IMG/VR virus record: IMGVR_UViG_3300037249_000225
Location: 1 to 36,157 of that record
Reading direction: 5' to 3' (one strand)
Length of the DNA: 36,157 nt
Origin: a virus
Positions 16,850 through 25,159 of this stretch are shown here, piece by piece (within the stretch, counting starts at the first letter, position 1; each line of letters starts with the position of its first letter). A program made the position numbers and the translations under genes. The notes below the pieces were generated by a model. That model did not search any database. It had not been told where the DNA came from and saw only the letters and a program-made list of their open reading frames with translations.

Positions 16850-18118
16850 TCAGTAAACTCCTAATCCTGCCTTGCTCATTACGCCGACTTTGCGTTTTCC
16901 TATAATCGTTTCGAGCGCATACCGCGCAGCATCTATCGTGTGGTTGTCTTTATCCGGGAAGCGCGATATGAAATTTCCGTTTTTATCCCGCTCATATTCA
17001 TACGCTTTGAACTCCCTGTAAGCGTTGGGAGTGCGGCGCCTGTCAAATACGATCTTGTCGAGATATTGCAGCCAACCGATACCGTAATCCACGCTGTCGG
17101 GACCTTTGCGTGCACCGGTCACTTTCAGTCCACGATCGTTGAGATCCGATATCGACTTTGGTTCCGCCGAATCAGCCGTTATGTAGCTGCCCGACGGCTG
17201 ACGTTCTTTTATCATCTCCGCTGCCCGCTTATTGGATAACTTCACCTGATATATCTCGTTCACGAAATATAACGTGTTATGCGCCCGGTCGTATGCCAGT
17301 TGCAGCCACGCGAACGGATCGACCGCAAATCCGAAGTCTATGCCGTAATAAAAATGCCCGAATGTTGCTATCTCTTCATCGGTCATCCGGCGTTCTTCGA
17401 TATTGTCGAACACCGCGCCGCCGCTGCCTGTTGCTTCCCCAAGATATTCGTGACGATATGCGAGCTCGTTCTTTTTCTTCAGGTGTCCGGCATCAATAAA
17501 GAACTGCTCGCCCAGCCAGTCTGCCGGAACATCGAGATATGTCGAGTGAACTGTCAGACGGTCTTCCCGTTCATCCTCCGCAAACACATTCGCCCAGTTG
17601 TCCCGGCTTTTGGGCGGGTTAAACGAGAAGAAATTCCAATATGCGGGACCGCCTCGGTTTGTGGACTGCAATACCGAACGTATATCCTCTGCGCCGCCGA
17701 ACTGGTCAAGCTCCTCGAACCACGTTATGCCGATATATCCGCGCTCCGGCTTTATCGACTTGATCTTCAGCGGATCGTCCGCTCCCCGGAAATAGATATG
17801 CTGCCCCGTAGGCTTGTATATAAGTTCCGGCGGGTTCTTCACGACCTTGAAATTATCGCTGAGTTCCAATTCCGCAATCGCCCACTGCATCTGGTTAAAT
17901 ACGCTGTCACGGAGAGTGTTGCCGTACTGACGCAGTATCAGCGCATTTACGTCGGGATGCTGTATCAGCAGCGGAGGTATCACTTCACTGATGAACGACG
18001 ATTTCGTTGACCCGCGCCCGCCCTTGAAAAGATATTGGGTGTGCTTATGCCCGAAGATGTCAAAAACAGTCTGATCAAAAACCGGAGCGGTATGATCGAG
18101 CAGTTCAATTTCCGGCAT
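16850..18118 (-). CDS. terL: Terminase large subunit (PBSX/Terminase_3-like)
   Basis: Walker A KGGRGSTKSSF and a C-terminal nuclease region. 422 aa. Overlaps terS. Confidence 0.85.
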   Translation of the reverse strand: MPEIELLDHTAPVFDQTVFDIFGHKHTQYLFKGGRGSTKSSFISEVIPPLLIQHPDVNALILRQYGNTLRDSVFNQMQWAIAELELSDNFKVVKNPPELIYKPTGQHIYFRGADDPLKIKSIKPERGYIGITWFEELDQFGGAEDIRSVLQSTNRGGPAYWNFFSFNPPKSRDNWANVFAEDEREDRLTVHSTYLDVPADWLGEQFFIDAGHLKKKNELAYRHEYLGEATGSGGAVFDNIEERRMTDEEIATFGHFYYGIDFGFAVDPFAWLQLAYDRAHNTLYFVNEIYQVKLSNKRAAEMIKERQPSGSYITADSAEPKSISDLNDRGLKVTGARKGPDSVDYGIGWLQYLDKIVFDRRRTPNAYREFKAYEYERDKNGNFISRFPDKDNHTIDAARYALETIIGKRKVGVMSKAGLGVY

Positions 18119-18491
18119 CGTTCCCGCCCCTCGGTGAAATATTTATCACAACAGGTTCGGCAGCTGCTGTCTTGTCGTCTTCGTCCTTCCAGCCGAAATT
18201 ATACCGAAGCGAGAACTGGGCTCCGCGGGCTCCGTCTCTGTCAAACAGCCGTTCCTCCGCGTACTGCTCGACTCTTGCCTTCGCGCGCGTTATCGTGTCA
18301 AAAAACTGCGCCTTGCCTTGATAATTCAGCAAGGATTGTCTGTTAGTAAATCCCAATGCAACCGCAAGTCCTGTCATTGTCGGAGGTCGCTCTGACTTAC
18401 GGCAATCCTTGAAATATTTCTCGATCAGTTCTTCTATCTCTGCCGCATTTGTAAATTTAGGCTTACGTCCCGTTTTCGCCATTGTTCTCAC
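18105..18491 (-). CDS. terS: Terminase small subunit
   Basis: The N-terminal GRKPKFTNAAEIEELIEKYFKDC...RPPTMTGLAVALGF HTH is typical of Terminase_2-type small subunits. Lies upstream of terL. Confidence 0.75.
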   Translation of the reverse strand: MRTMAKTGRKPKFTNAAEIEELIEKYFKDCRKSERPPTMTGLAVALGFTNRQSLLNYQGKAQFFDTITRAKARVEQYAEERLFDRDGARGAQFSLRYNFGWKDEDDKTAAAEPVVINISPRGGNDAGN

Positions 18492-18565
18492 CTCGCTTTC
18501 TGTAATCGTCTCTGCGCGATTTTTGACCCTAAACGTAAAATTACCCTGCCTGTATCATAAACCCT

Positions 18566-18597
18566 CAAAAATGCCCCGTTTTTCGCGGCGAAAACGG
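18566..18597 (-). terminator. Second of two tandem terminators after the tRNA
   Basis: On the minus strand: ccgttttcg-ccg-cgaaaaacgg followed by ggcATTTTT. Confidence 0.5.
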
Positions 18598-18602
18598 CAC
18601 AT

Positions 18603-18633
18603 AAACGAAAAGCCCCGGAATTGCACCGGGGCT
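18603..18633 (-). terminator. Intrinsic terminator after the tRNA
   Basis: On the minus strand: agccccgg-tgcaatt-ccggggct followed by TTTCGTTT. Confidence 0.65.
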
Positions 18634-18672
18634 TCCCGTTAAGGAAGAATCTATGAACCAAAAGCAAGTGAC

Positions 18673-18747
18673 TGGATGCAGAGACAGGACTCGAACCTGT
18701 GATCTCAAGGGTATGAACCTTGCGAGATACCGCTTCTCCACTCTGCC
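18673..18747 (-). tRNA. tRNA with CAU anticodon (Met/Ile2/initiator-like), 75 nt, CCA encoded
   Basis: Hand-folded as GGCAGAG-TG-GAGA-AGCGGTA-TCTC-G-CAAGG-TTCATAC-CCTTG-AGATC-ACAGG-TTCGAGT-CCTGT-CTCTGCA-T-CCA. All stems are Watson-Crick except G1:A72. U8, U33, A37, G18G19 and the TTCGA T-loop are present. Confidence 0.8.
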
Positions 18748-18822
18748 GGATCCGCCGCAGGCTTCCCCGCGACGGGATTTAAGGAAGGAAACGCATTTGA
18801 AATCGTCAAACTTCTTATGCTA

Positions 18823-18831
18823 TCATTATAG
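18823..18831 (-). promoter_or_regulatory. Extended -10 promoter (TGcTATAAT) upstream of the tRNA, inside the palindrome atgctat-aatg-atagcat
   Basis: Read on the minus strand just after the stop of the activator gene. Confidence 0.4.
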
Positions 18832-19260
18832 CATGGAAAAAGTATCATGAGGTATTAACTTTTCAATGTCACGCAATGCCTTACGATGCAAATATCCTGT
18901 AATGTGCTTCTCGGAATAGTGCATTTTCAATGCAATTTTACGCCAGCTGTACCCGTTCAGATACCGCATTTCAAGCAATACGCGGATGCTGGCATCTTCG
19001 ACCCGGGATATCACGTTCACGATCTCCCTGCGGGCACTGATAAGTTTGTCGGCCTCGGCTCTGATCTCCGCTTCAAGATCTGCTATCCGTGCGGCAGTGC
19101 GCCCGACCTTATCCGAGACATTGCCGTTACGGTCGAACATCGAAGACGGAGAGCACTTCGCCGCAAGTTCCCTGCACTGCCTGATCTCCTCGTATTTGCA
19201 GTCTATGTATGCGTTCAGGACATGAACACGGTTCAGATATTCTTTAGCTGTCATCTTCAT
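18826..19260 (-). CDS. Late-gene transcriptional activator (ArpU/RinA/sigma-70 region-4-like)
   Basis: The C-terminal VLLEMRYLNGYSWRKIALKMHYSEKHITGYLHRKALRDIEKL is a sigma region-4-type HTH. 144 aa. Position is immediately upstream of the packaging genes. Confidence 0.65.
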   Translation of the reverse strand: MKMTAKEYLNRVHVLNAYIDCKYEEIRQCRELAAKCSPSSMFDRNGNVSDKVGRTAARIADLEAEIRAEADKLISARREIVNVISRVEDASIRVLLEMRYLNGYSWRKIALKMHYSEKHITGYLHRKALRDIEKLIPHDTFSML

Positions 19261-19552
19261 CCTCCTCGAAAGAAAATCCCGCGTCGTGGAGCTTCTTCAT
19301 ACACAGCCAGCAATCATCTGTCGGGGCAAGCTCGTAATGCCGGACAAGTTCCGCGACCTCTTTGTGATACGCCTTGTAGAACTGCGTTAAACGCTTTGCT
19401 CCCCATCCGAATACGCTGTGCAATATCCATAGTGAACGGCAGACAAGCTCTGCTTCATGTTCCTTCTCGAATTCTATACACTGACGGTTGGCTTCCCGCA
19501 TCAGAGTATTATGCTGACTGACACTGAATTTACGTTGAATATGTGCACGCAT
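19244..19552 (-). CDS. Hypothetical protein (102 aa)
   Basis: Coupled ORF with an acidic C-terminus. No recognised motif. Confidence 0.45.
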   Translation of the reverse strand: MRAHIQRKFSVSQHNTLMREANRQCIEFEKEHEAELVCRSLWILHSVFGWGAKRLTQFYKAYHKEVAELVRHYELAPTDDCWLCMKKLHDAGFSFEEDEDDS

Positions 19553-19553
19553 T

Positions 19554-19724
19554 TTAGTCCTCCAGCAGTCCGCTCACAGTATGGTCGTCGTACTCGGGAA
19601 TACTTTGCAGCCGCGGAGGCTGTATCTTCCCGCCGCACTCCGGGCAGACGTTTACGAACGGTACATACTCGGGTCTGATATCATACCCACACTCGGGACA
19701 AATGAATTTTACCTTCCACGTCAT
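19554..19724 (-). CDS. Unannotated 56-aa zinc-ribbon protein (MTWKVKFICPECGYDIRPEYVPFVNVCPECGGKIQPPRLQSIPEYDDHTVSGLLED)
   Basis: Hand-translated. Two CPEC pairs. ATGA overlap with the upstream gene, and the stop lies 1 nt before the next start. Confidence 0.55.
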   Translation of the reverse strand: MTWKVKFICPECGYDIRPEYVPFVNVCPECGGKIQPPRLQSIPEYDDHTVSGLLED

Positions 19725-20038
19725 TTTCTTACCTCCAGTTCACACAGAAACGCTATATTGCACGCAAGGTGCCACAGGTGCGGAAGCCCGGACTCTTCAT
19801 CTACTGCATCGGGATCCTTGAGGTACGCAAGGAAATGTCTGTATGCCGCGTCCTTGTACCTCTCCGGTGCTACCTGCTTCCAGCTGTCACGCTTGTGATA
19901 CTTCTCGATGCCGTATTCCCGAACACGGGCGATAGCGGTTATGATCTCCGGCGGAACAAGCGTAAGTCTCGGCTTGCCGGCGTCGGCTTTTATGTTCTGG
20001 TCAAACATTGTCGTTTTCCTCGCTTTCGTCCATTTCAA
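19721..20038 (-). CDS. dATP/dGTP pyrophosphohydrolase-domain (DUF5664-like) protein
   Basis: GKPRLTLVPPEIITAIARVREYGIEKYHKRDSWKQV...HLWHLACNIAFL resembles that phage family as recalled. Confidence 0.55.
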   Translation of the reverse strand: MKWTKARKTTMFDQNIKADAGKPRLTLVPPEIITAIARVREYGIEKYHKRDSWKQVAPERYKDAAYRHFLAYLKDPDAVDEESGLPHLWHLACNIAFLCELEVRK

Positions 20039-20396
20039 GACTTGATAACAAGCTTAACTCCTTTTCTGATTTATTTTTAGCCCATTCAATCCATTTCTCA
20101 ACGTGCTTTATGGTGTCATCGTCAGCAACAAAGAATATATCTACAGTCATAATTCCCCTTGACAGAAATTCCTGATGTGTGCCTATATCTATCATCAGAT
20201 CTTCAAGGTCTTGCGGATAAAACCTATCTATTTCTACTGTATTTTTCTTTTTTCCAAGTCTGATTGATTTTATGCTCCCTACTACCAACTCGAAAGATCT
20301 GTTTCCATCCGCATCTCGTCTCGATATAATACGACCTATCTTAATACCGACCGCAATTGATACATTTTCATAAGTAACCGTAATATCACTCGCCAT
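20001..20396 (-). CDS. AT-rich hypothetical protein (131 aa) with an acidic tail
   Basis: Start at MASDITV after a perfect SD GGAGGTGA. The gene is markedly more AT-rich than its neighbours. C-terminus is SSLEMDESEENDNV. Confidence 0.55.
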   Translation of the reverse strand: MASDITVTYENVSIAVGIKIGRIISRRDADGNRSFELVVGSIKSIRLGKKKNTVEIDRFYPQDLEDLMIDIGTHQEFLSRGIMTVDIFFVADDDTIKHVEKWIEWAKNKSEKELSLLSSLEMDESEENDNV

Positions 20397-20398
20397 TG

Positions 20399-20719
20399 TT
20401 ATTTCACCTCCTCGTCCATTTTCGCCCCGCAATGGGGACAATATTTAGATTCAGCCCCATTCTCAGGGTACCCACATATTGAGCAACGAACTACTCGTCC
20501 TAAAGGTACCATTGCTGCTTTGTTGTCATCGAAATCATGAGTTATTACCCACCGCCCGTGAATAACTGGGGCCACATCGGCGGGTGGTATATTATCAATT
20601 ATGTCGATTGCCTCAGTTATCCCCGCATCATATCCGCGTGCCCACTCATCAGAAGCGTCGCAGCCGCCTGCATCGTGTAGCTTCTGATATGCTTCATTTC
20701 TCGAAATATACTCGCTCAC
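20399..20719 (-). CDS. Hypothetical protein with a C-terminal zinc ribbon (CSICG...CPHCG)
   Basis: A GTG start overlaps the upstream stop (GTGA) after GGAAGGAAG. The ORF-track N-terminal extension to 20971 overlaps the upstream gene and is Arg-rich frame noise. Confidence 0.5.
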   Translation of the reverse strand: MSEYISRNEAYQKLHDAGGCDASDEWARGYDAGITEAIDIIDNIPPADVAPVIHGRWVITHDFDDNKAAMVPLGRVVRCSICGYPENGAESKYCPHCGAKMDEEVK

Positions 20720-21534
20720 GGTTCCCACTTCCTTCCCAGATACTCGATCTTCACAATATCCCCGCCGTCGCCGTACAGCCCGCCGTACTCCTGCAGTGCC
20801 GTGAACGTCCCGGCGAAGTACACGATATTGTCCAGCGCGTTGTCGTCGTAGATGAATTCCAGCACGCACGTCGCTGCCTGACCGTCGTAGTTCTTCGCGG
20901 GGTGCCCATAGAACGGGGCGCTGCCGTCGTCTTTGAATTCCCCGAGCATGACATACATCTCGGTACCACATTTCAGCGTTACCCGAAAAGCGGTTCCGAT
21001 CTCCCGCCCGTAGGCGCTGCCCATAGCTGCGAGGAAGTATGTACGATCTCCGTCTGAATAACAGCGGATGCCATACTCACCCGTGAACGCCTGAAGCTGC
21101 AGCGCCCATTGTTCCGACTTCTTGTCTGTGATCGAGGTGTATGGCATACCGGAGATCACATTCGTGTGACCTTCCGGCAGACGTTCTTTTGCATTCGCCT
21201 GCAAAACTTCGTCATTATCACCGGACTCCAACTCATTGAGTTGGTTTTCTTCCTGCTGCGATTTCGCAGCGATCTCATAATCAATGATGATCCGGCGAAG
21301 TTCCTTGCTGTTCTTCTGTTCGGCATTAAGCTCCAGCTTCAATTCATCAATACGTCTCACAAGCCCCTCGTTTTCGAGTTCAAGCGAGTAGTTGCGTTCC
21401 TCGACTTCATCACGCCTGATGCGGGTGTCTTGCAGCTCCGTGATGTTATGTATCGCAAGTACCGCCGCAAGCATAGCAGCGGACGCGAATATCGCTATGA
21501 TGATTATTTCAAGTGTCATTGCTGTTCTCCTCAT
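20716..21534 (-). CDS. Membrane-anchored coiled-coil protein with a globular C-terminal domain, function unknown
   Basis: N-terminal TM LEIIIIAIFASAAMLAAVLAI, then a coiled coil, then a ~130-aa beta-rich C-terminus. Confidence 0.5.
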   Translation of the reverse strand: MRRTAMTLEIIIIAIFASAAMLAAVLAIHNITELQDTRIRRDEVEERNYSLELENEGLVRRIDELKLELNAEQKNSKELRRIIIDYEIAAKSQQEENQLNELESGDNDEVLQANAKERLPEGHTNVISGMPYTSITDKKSEQWALQLQAFTGEYGIRCYSDGDRTYFLAAMGSAYGREIGTAFRVTLKCGTEMYVMLGEFKDDGSAPFYGHPAKNYDGQAATCVLEFIYDDNALDNIVYFAGTFTALQEYGGLYGDGGDIVKIEYLGRKWEP

Positions 21535-21764
21535 TATAACCCCATTCCCGGCAATGGCCCGAAGTCAACTTCATCGGCGTTCTTGCTCAACAGCGTTTTA
21601 TTTGCTTTAAACATCATCTCATACGAGACCATACGCTTTTTGAACCGAATAGCGTGATCCAGCCCGTTCTTGTAGCTTTCATAGCCTATCTGAGACAAAA
21701 GCTCCGCAAGCTCTTCATCGTTCATAGATCTGATCTTGTCAGCAACAGTTTTGATATTACTCAT
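21534..21764 (-). CDS. Hypothetical protein (76 aa)
   Basis: Coupled ORF (ATGA-type overlaps on both sides). Confidence 0.45.
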   Translation of the reverse strand: MSNIKTVADKIRSMNDEELAELLSQIGYESYKNGLDHAIRFKKRMVSYEMMFKANKTLLSKNADEVDFGPLPGMGL

Positions 21765-22189
21765 TTTTTATTCTCCTTTACAACTTCTTCCCAGCTCGCA
21801 ATTACTACCGCGTTTTTATTTTTGTCAAGCAGCTCTACCTGATAATACCACCGCGGCTCTTTGAAATGTCCGCCGAAGAATATTTTCTGCACCATGTACT
21901 CGGATCCTCGGTACCTGACTTTTTGCTGCCGCATTATTACCTGCTTTATCTTTTCCGGGAAGCAATGATCTGCTTCATCCACTGCGTTGTGATATTCATC
22001 GAGCAGGTAAGCGCGCCGTTCGTTGAATTGTTTCCGGTCGATGATCTTATCTTTGAGTTCTTCGCATATTACCGCAAGCTGGTCGAAATACTTGTACTCG
22101 TTGCCCGGCAGACGGTTATAATCAAACGTGCCGTCATACACACGTCTCTCAAGCTCCCGGAACACTGCCGGGTCTTTGTAATCTTCCAT
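21761..22189 (-). CDS. Hypothetical protein (142 aa)
   Basis: First ORF downstream of the 22.2-22.3 kb intergenic palindrome. No recognised motif. Confidence 0.45.
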   Translation of the reverse strand: MEDYKDPAVFRELERRVYDGTFDYNRLPGNEYKYFDQLAVICEELKDKIIDRKQFNERRAYLLDEYHNAVDEADHCFPEKIKQVIMRQQKVRYRGSEYMVQKIFFGGHFKEPRWYYQVELLDKNKNAVVIASWEEVVKENKK

Positions 22190-22216
22190 ATATTTTCCTT
22201 TCTACTGAACGGTTAT

Positions 22217-22308
22217 GAAGGGTTGAGGGCATTTTCTATAAACTATATATAAATTTTATTTTTTTTAAAACAACTGTAAAGGTTTATAGAAAACCCTCCA
22301 AACCCTTC
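22217..22308. repeat. Imperfect ~27-bp inverted repeat flanking an AT-rich core (candidate origin or regulatory cruciform)
   Basis: The left arm gaagggttgagggcattttctataaac (22217..22243) pairs with the right arm gtttatagaaaaccctccaaacccttc (22282..22308). The core is tatatataaattttattttttttaaaa. An extra acccttca direct repeat lies at 22301..22319. Confidence 0.6.
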
Positions 22309-22316
22309 AATACCCT

Positions 22317-24605
22317 TCAGACGTAATCAGAATAATTGCTCCGGAACTGTACCGGCTCGGGATTCAATATCAGACCTTTATAAGCTATCCGCCCGGTGCT
22401 GCCCCTTTTTGACGGGTATCGCTTCTTCATCTCGACGCCGAATTTTGTCTGTGACATCTCATACTCGTTGTTCTCTCTCGCCCACTTTGCATACTCGGCA
22501 TACAGCAGCGACGCCTCGATTTCCCCCTGCTCGACCTCACGGCAGCAGGAATCGATGAAACTTCCGACAACGTCCATCTCACCGCGGTACTCCTTGACGG
22601 CATCGAGCACGGCACGCGGCATGTGCAGTCCCTCCGTGCGCCACAGCAGACACCCTCTGACTGCCCAGTTCATTATCCCGGGAAGCTCCGAGCGCAGTTT
22701 GTGCGGAAGCTGTCTGTCAACTTTATCGTCCGCGATCTGGACCGTGAACGGTATCAGATGAATACGTCTCCAGATACCCGTATCGGTACCGCGAATTATC
22801 GGCTTGTGGTTTGTAGCAATCCACAGCTTGAACTCGGGGCGGAACTCAAACTCGTCGCTATATAACTTACGCGCTGTGACAGGATCGTCACCCGTGAGCT
22901 GTTTTATCAGCCCCTCGTTAAGTCTCATGCCCTCGTTGGGTTCTGCCGAAGTGACGAAACGTGCAGCCTTTAAGCGGGCTATATCGCTGTTTGCGCCGCC
23001 GTTAGCAGGCTTGATCATGATAGTCTCAGGCTGGATGTTGACCGCGTACGAGCCCATTATCGAGCGCACGATATTTAGAAATGTGGACTTGCCGTTTTTG
23101 CCTGTACCGAACAGGAAGAAAACACACTGCTCCTCGATCGAACCCGTCAGCGAATAACCGACTGCTTTTTGCACATAGCGGATAAGGTCTTTGTCGCCCC
23201 CGAATATCTCCGAGAGGAACGACAACCACATCGGGCAATCTGCATTATCCGTATAATCGACCTTTGCCATTTTGGTTATGTACTGTTCTGGGCGGTGCTC
23301 CCACAGCTGCCCTGTTTTGAGGTCCAGCACTCCCGACGGCGTATTGAATGCGAAAGGGTGCTTGTCCATCTGCGAGGGAGTTATCGGAACACGGTGCATA
23401 TACTCTGCAATCATAGCTTTTTTGGACTTGTTTGAGCGAGACGACTTCATGTGCTTTGTGAACTGCTTCAACATCTCCTCGTCTTCCTCGGCCTCGTATA
23501 TTTTACTCTCTGCCTTCATTGCCTCGACGGCTTTATCGGCAAGGCGTCCGTATGTACCCGTGTCATCCTCGCACCATTTGCGTCCGTCGTAGTAGTACCA
23601 GTGTTTATCGTAGTAGCAGTATTTAAGCTCTGTGCTGAAAAGATCGCACATCCTGTCCGCATTGCCTGTATCATCGAATGTGTAAAAACGCGGTTTTTCT
23701 TCTTCCCCGCCGCTGCCGATACTGATAGAATAAGTGTCCTCGGGTCTCGGTTCATATACAGCAGAGCAATCGGATATTGCTTTCTGTATCGTGATAGTGC
23801 CGTAAGTTCCTCCGGACTGCCGTCTGTCCCATTTATCACGATACAGCCCCGACTGGCGGAAGATAACGTCCATGAGATCGGCATCGCACCGGCACCAGAA
23901 TGCAAGCATATTACAGAATGCCATATCGGCCTCGGACTGTGAGGAATACCCTGTTGTATCACCACTGTACAATGCTCTGAATTTGTCACTGTTTTTGGCG
24001 TTGAGTGCCAGCTCCATGATCTCAGATGCCGTCTGAGGAAGCGGGGCAAAATTACGCTTTGGAGCAGGCTCACGGCCACCGCCGATGTACTTCTCATGCA
24101 ACGGCTTTATGCGCTCGGTGCAATCGGAAATATCAATGTAGCTTGAAAAACTGTTTCCCGTCATGCAGAAAAAGCGACCGTCCTCGTACATCTCGACATT
24201 GCCGCGGCGGCGTCCGTTTTTGGGAAGATGCCCGCGGCAGATTATGTGAATGCCCTTGCCTGACTGTGACAGCTCGGTATATGACTGAAGAATATTTATG
24301 AACTCGGAGACAATGCCTCCGCCGCCCTGCCGGAAGCTCTCGATATCTTCCCCGACATCATCAACATCCACGCCGAAATACGGAGAATTACCGAACATGA
24401 AGCCGATACCCGCGTAATTTGCGGATGCTCTGACAGCGGTATCGAAGTCGCACCATGTGCCGGGGTCGTTTGATCTTGCAAGCTCTCCGGTAACTGCGTT
24501 TACAGGCTTCTTTGATATCCCCGAATGTGCGCCCGGATCCGGCTCTGCTCTCCAGCATATCCAGTTGGGGAGCTTTTTAAGCTCCCCCGGAATCAATTCA
24601 TACAT
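22317..24605 (-). CDS. Bifunctional primase-polymerase (Prim-Pol) / D5-P4-type SF3 helicase
   Basis: The N-terminal LPNWICWR...KKPVNAVTG...FGVDVDD is a Prim-Pol signature. Walker A GTGKNGKSTF and a P4-primase-like C-terminus are present. Confidence 0.85.
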   Translation of the reverse strand: MYELIPGELKKLPNWICWRAEPDPGAHSGISKKPVNAVTGELARSNDPGTWCDFDTAVRASANYAGIGFMFGNSPYFGVDVDDVGEDIESFRQGGGGIVSEFINILQSYTELSQSGKGIHIICRGHLPKNGRRRGNVEMYEDGRFFCMTGNSFSSYIDISDCTERIKPLHEKYIGGGREPAPKRNFAPLPQTASEIMELALNAKNSDKFRALYSGDTTGYSSQSEADMAFCNMLAFWCRCDADLMDVIFRQSGLYRDKWDRRQSGGTYGTITIQKAISDCSAVYEPRPEDTYSISIGSGGEEEKPRFYTFDDTGNADRMCDLFSTELKYCYYDKHWYYYDGRKWCEDDTGTYGRLADKAVEAMKAESKIYEAEEDEEMLKQFTKHMKSSRSNKSKKAMIAEYMHRVPITPSQMDKHPFAFNTPSGVLDLKTGQLWEHRPEQYITKMAKVDYTDNADCPMWLSFLSEIFGGDKDLIRYVQKAVGYSLTGSIEEQCVFFLFGTGKNGKSTFLNIVRSIMGSYAVNIQPETIMIKPANGGANSDIARLKAARFVTSAEPNEGMRLNEGLIKQLTGDDPVTARKLYSDEFEFRPEFKLWIATNHKPIIRGTDTGIWRRIHLIPFTVQIADDKVDRQLPHKLRSELPGIMNWAVRGCLLWRTEGLHMPRAVLDAVKEYRGEMDVVGSFIDSCCREVEQGEIEASLLYAEYAKWARENNEYEMSQTKFGVEMKKRYPSKRGSTGRIAYKGLILNPEPVQFRSNYSDYV

Positions 24606-24618
24606 TGTTTACCTCGCA

Positions 24619-25155
24619 TTACATAAACGGATAATCATCATCGGGGGTGACCACAGGAGAAGCAGCGGGAGCCGCAAACTGTGCCCCGGCTGCCTGTGTG
24701 GCTTTAGCCTTGAAGACGTGCTTGCAGTCAAGGTGTTTTGTAGGATTGAGCCATTTGACGCGCTCGTTAGTATTGCCGTTATACTCCTCATGCTCCATGT
24801 GGGCAAGCACGCACTTGTTCTTAAGATCTGCGATAAAGGCGTTCAAATCGGGGTAATCTTTGCCGTCGGGAAGCGCTGCCGCCTTGCCGACAGCCATTAT
24901 CTGACCGAACTTATAACCGTTTACGGCCATATCTTCTTTTGTGGGTTCCTTTGCCTTCCATAACGTATAGAACAGGCAAGCGTTACCGTACTTTTGCCCC
25001 TGCACGTCGTTGCGTATCGTCAGCGTAAAGTTTAATCCTGTTTTGCCGTTCTTGGTAGTGCGTTCCTCAATGCCGGTGATAATGCACTCGTAATCGCCCT
25101 CGGGCTTGATATCGCTGCCTGTTGTTGCTTCCTGTGAATTCATTTTGAATGCCAT
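24619..25155 (-). CDS. DUF669-family protein (phage ssDNA-binding-like)
   Basis: The N-terminus ...KPEGDYECIITGIEERTTKNGKTGLNFTLTIRND is typical of DUF669 as recalled. Located in the replication module. Confidence 0.5.
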   Translation of the reverse strand: MAFKMNSQEATTGSDIKPEGDYECIITGIEERTTKNGKTGLNFTLTIRNDVQGQKYGNACLFYTLWKAKEPTKEDMAVNGYKFGQIMAVGKAAALPDGKDYPDLNAFIADLKNKCVLAHMEHEEYNGNTNERVKWLNPTKHLDCKHVFKAKATQAAGAQFAAPAASPVVTPDDDYPFM

Positions 25156-25159
25156 GATT

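Noticed and set aside
20720-20971. Upstream part of ORF 20399..20971 (Arg-rich, overlapping 20716..21534)
   Set aside because: It overlaps the C-terminus of the better-supported 272-aa ORF in another frame. A GTGA stop/start junction with an SD at 20719 explains the real gene.
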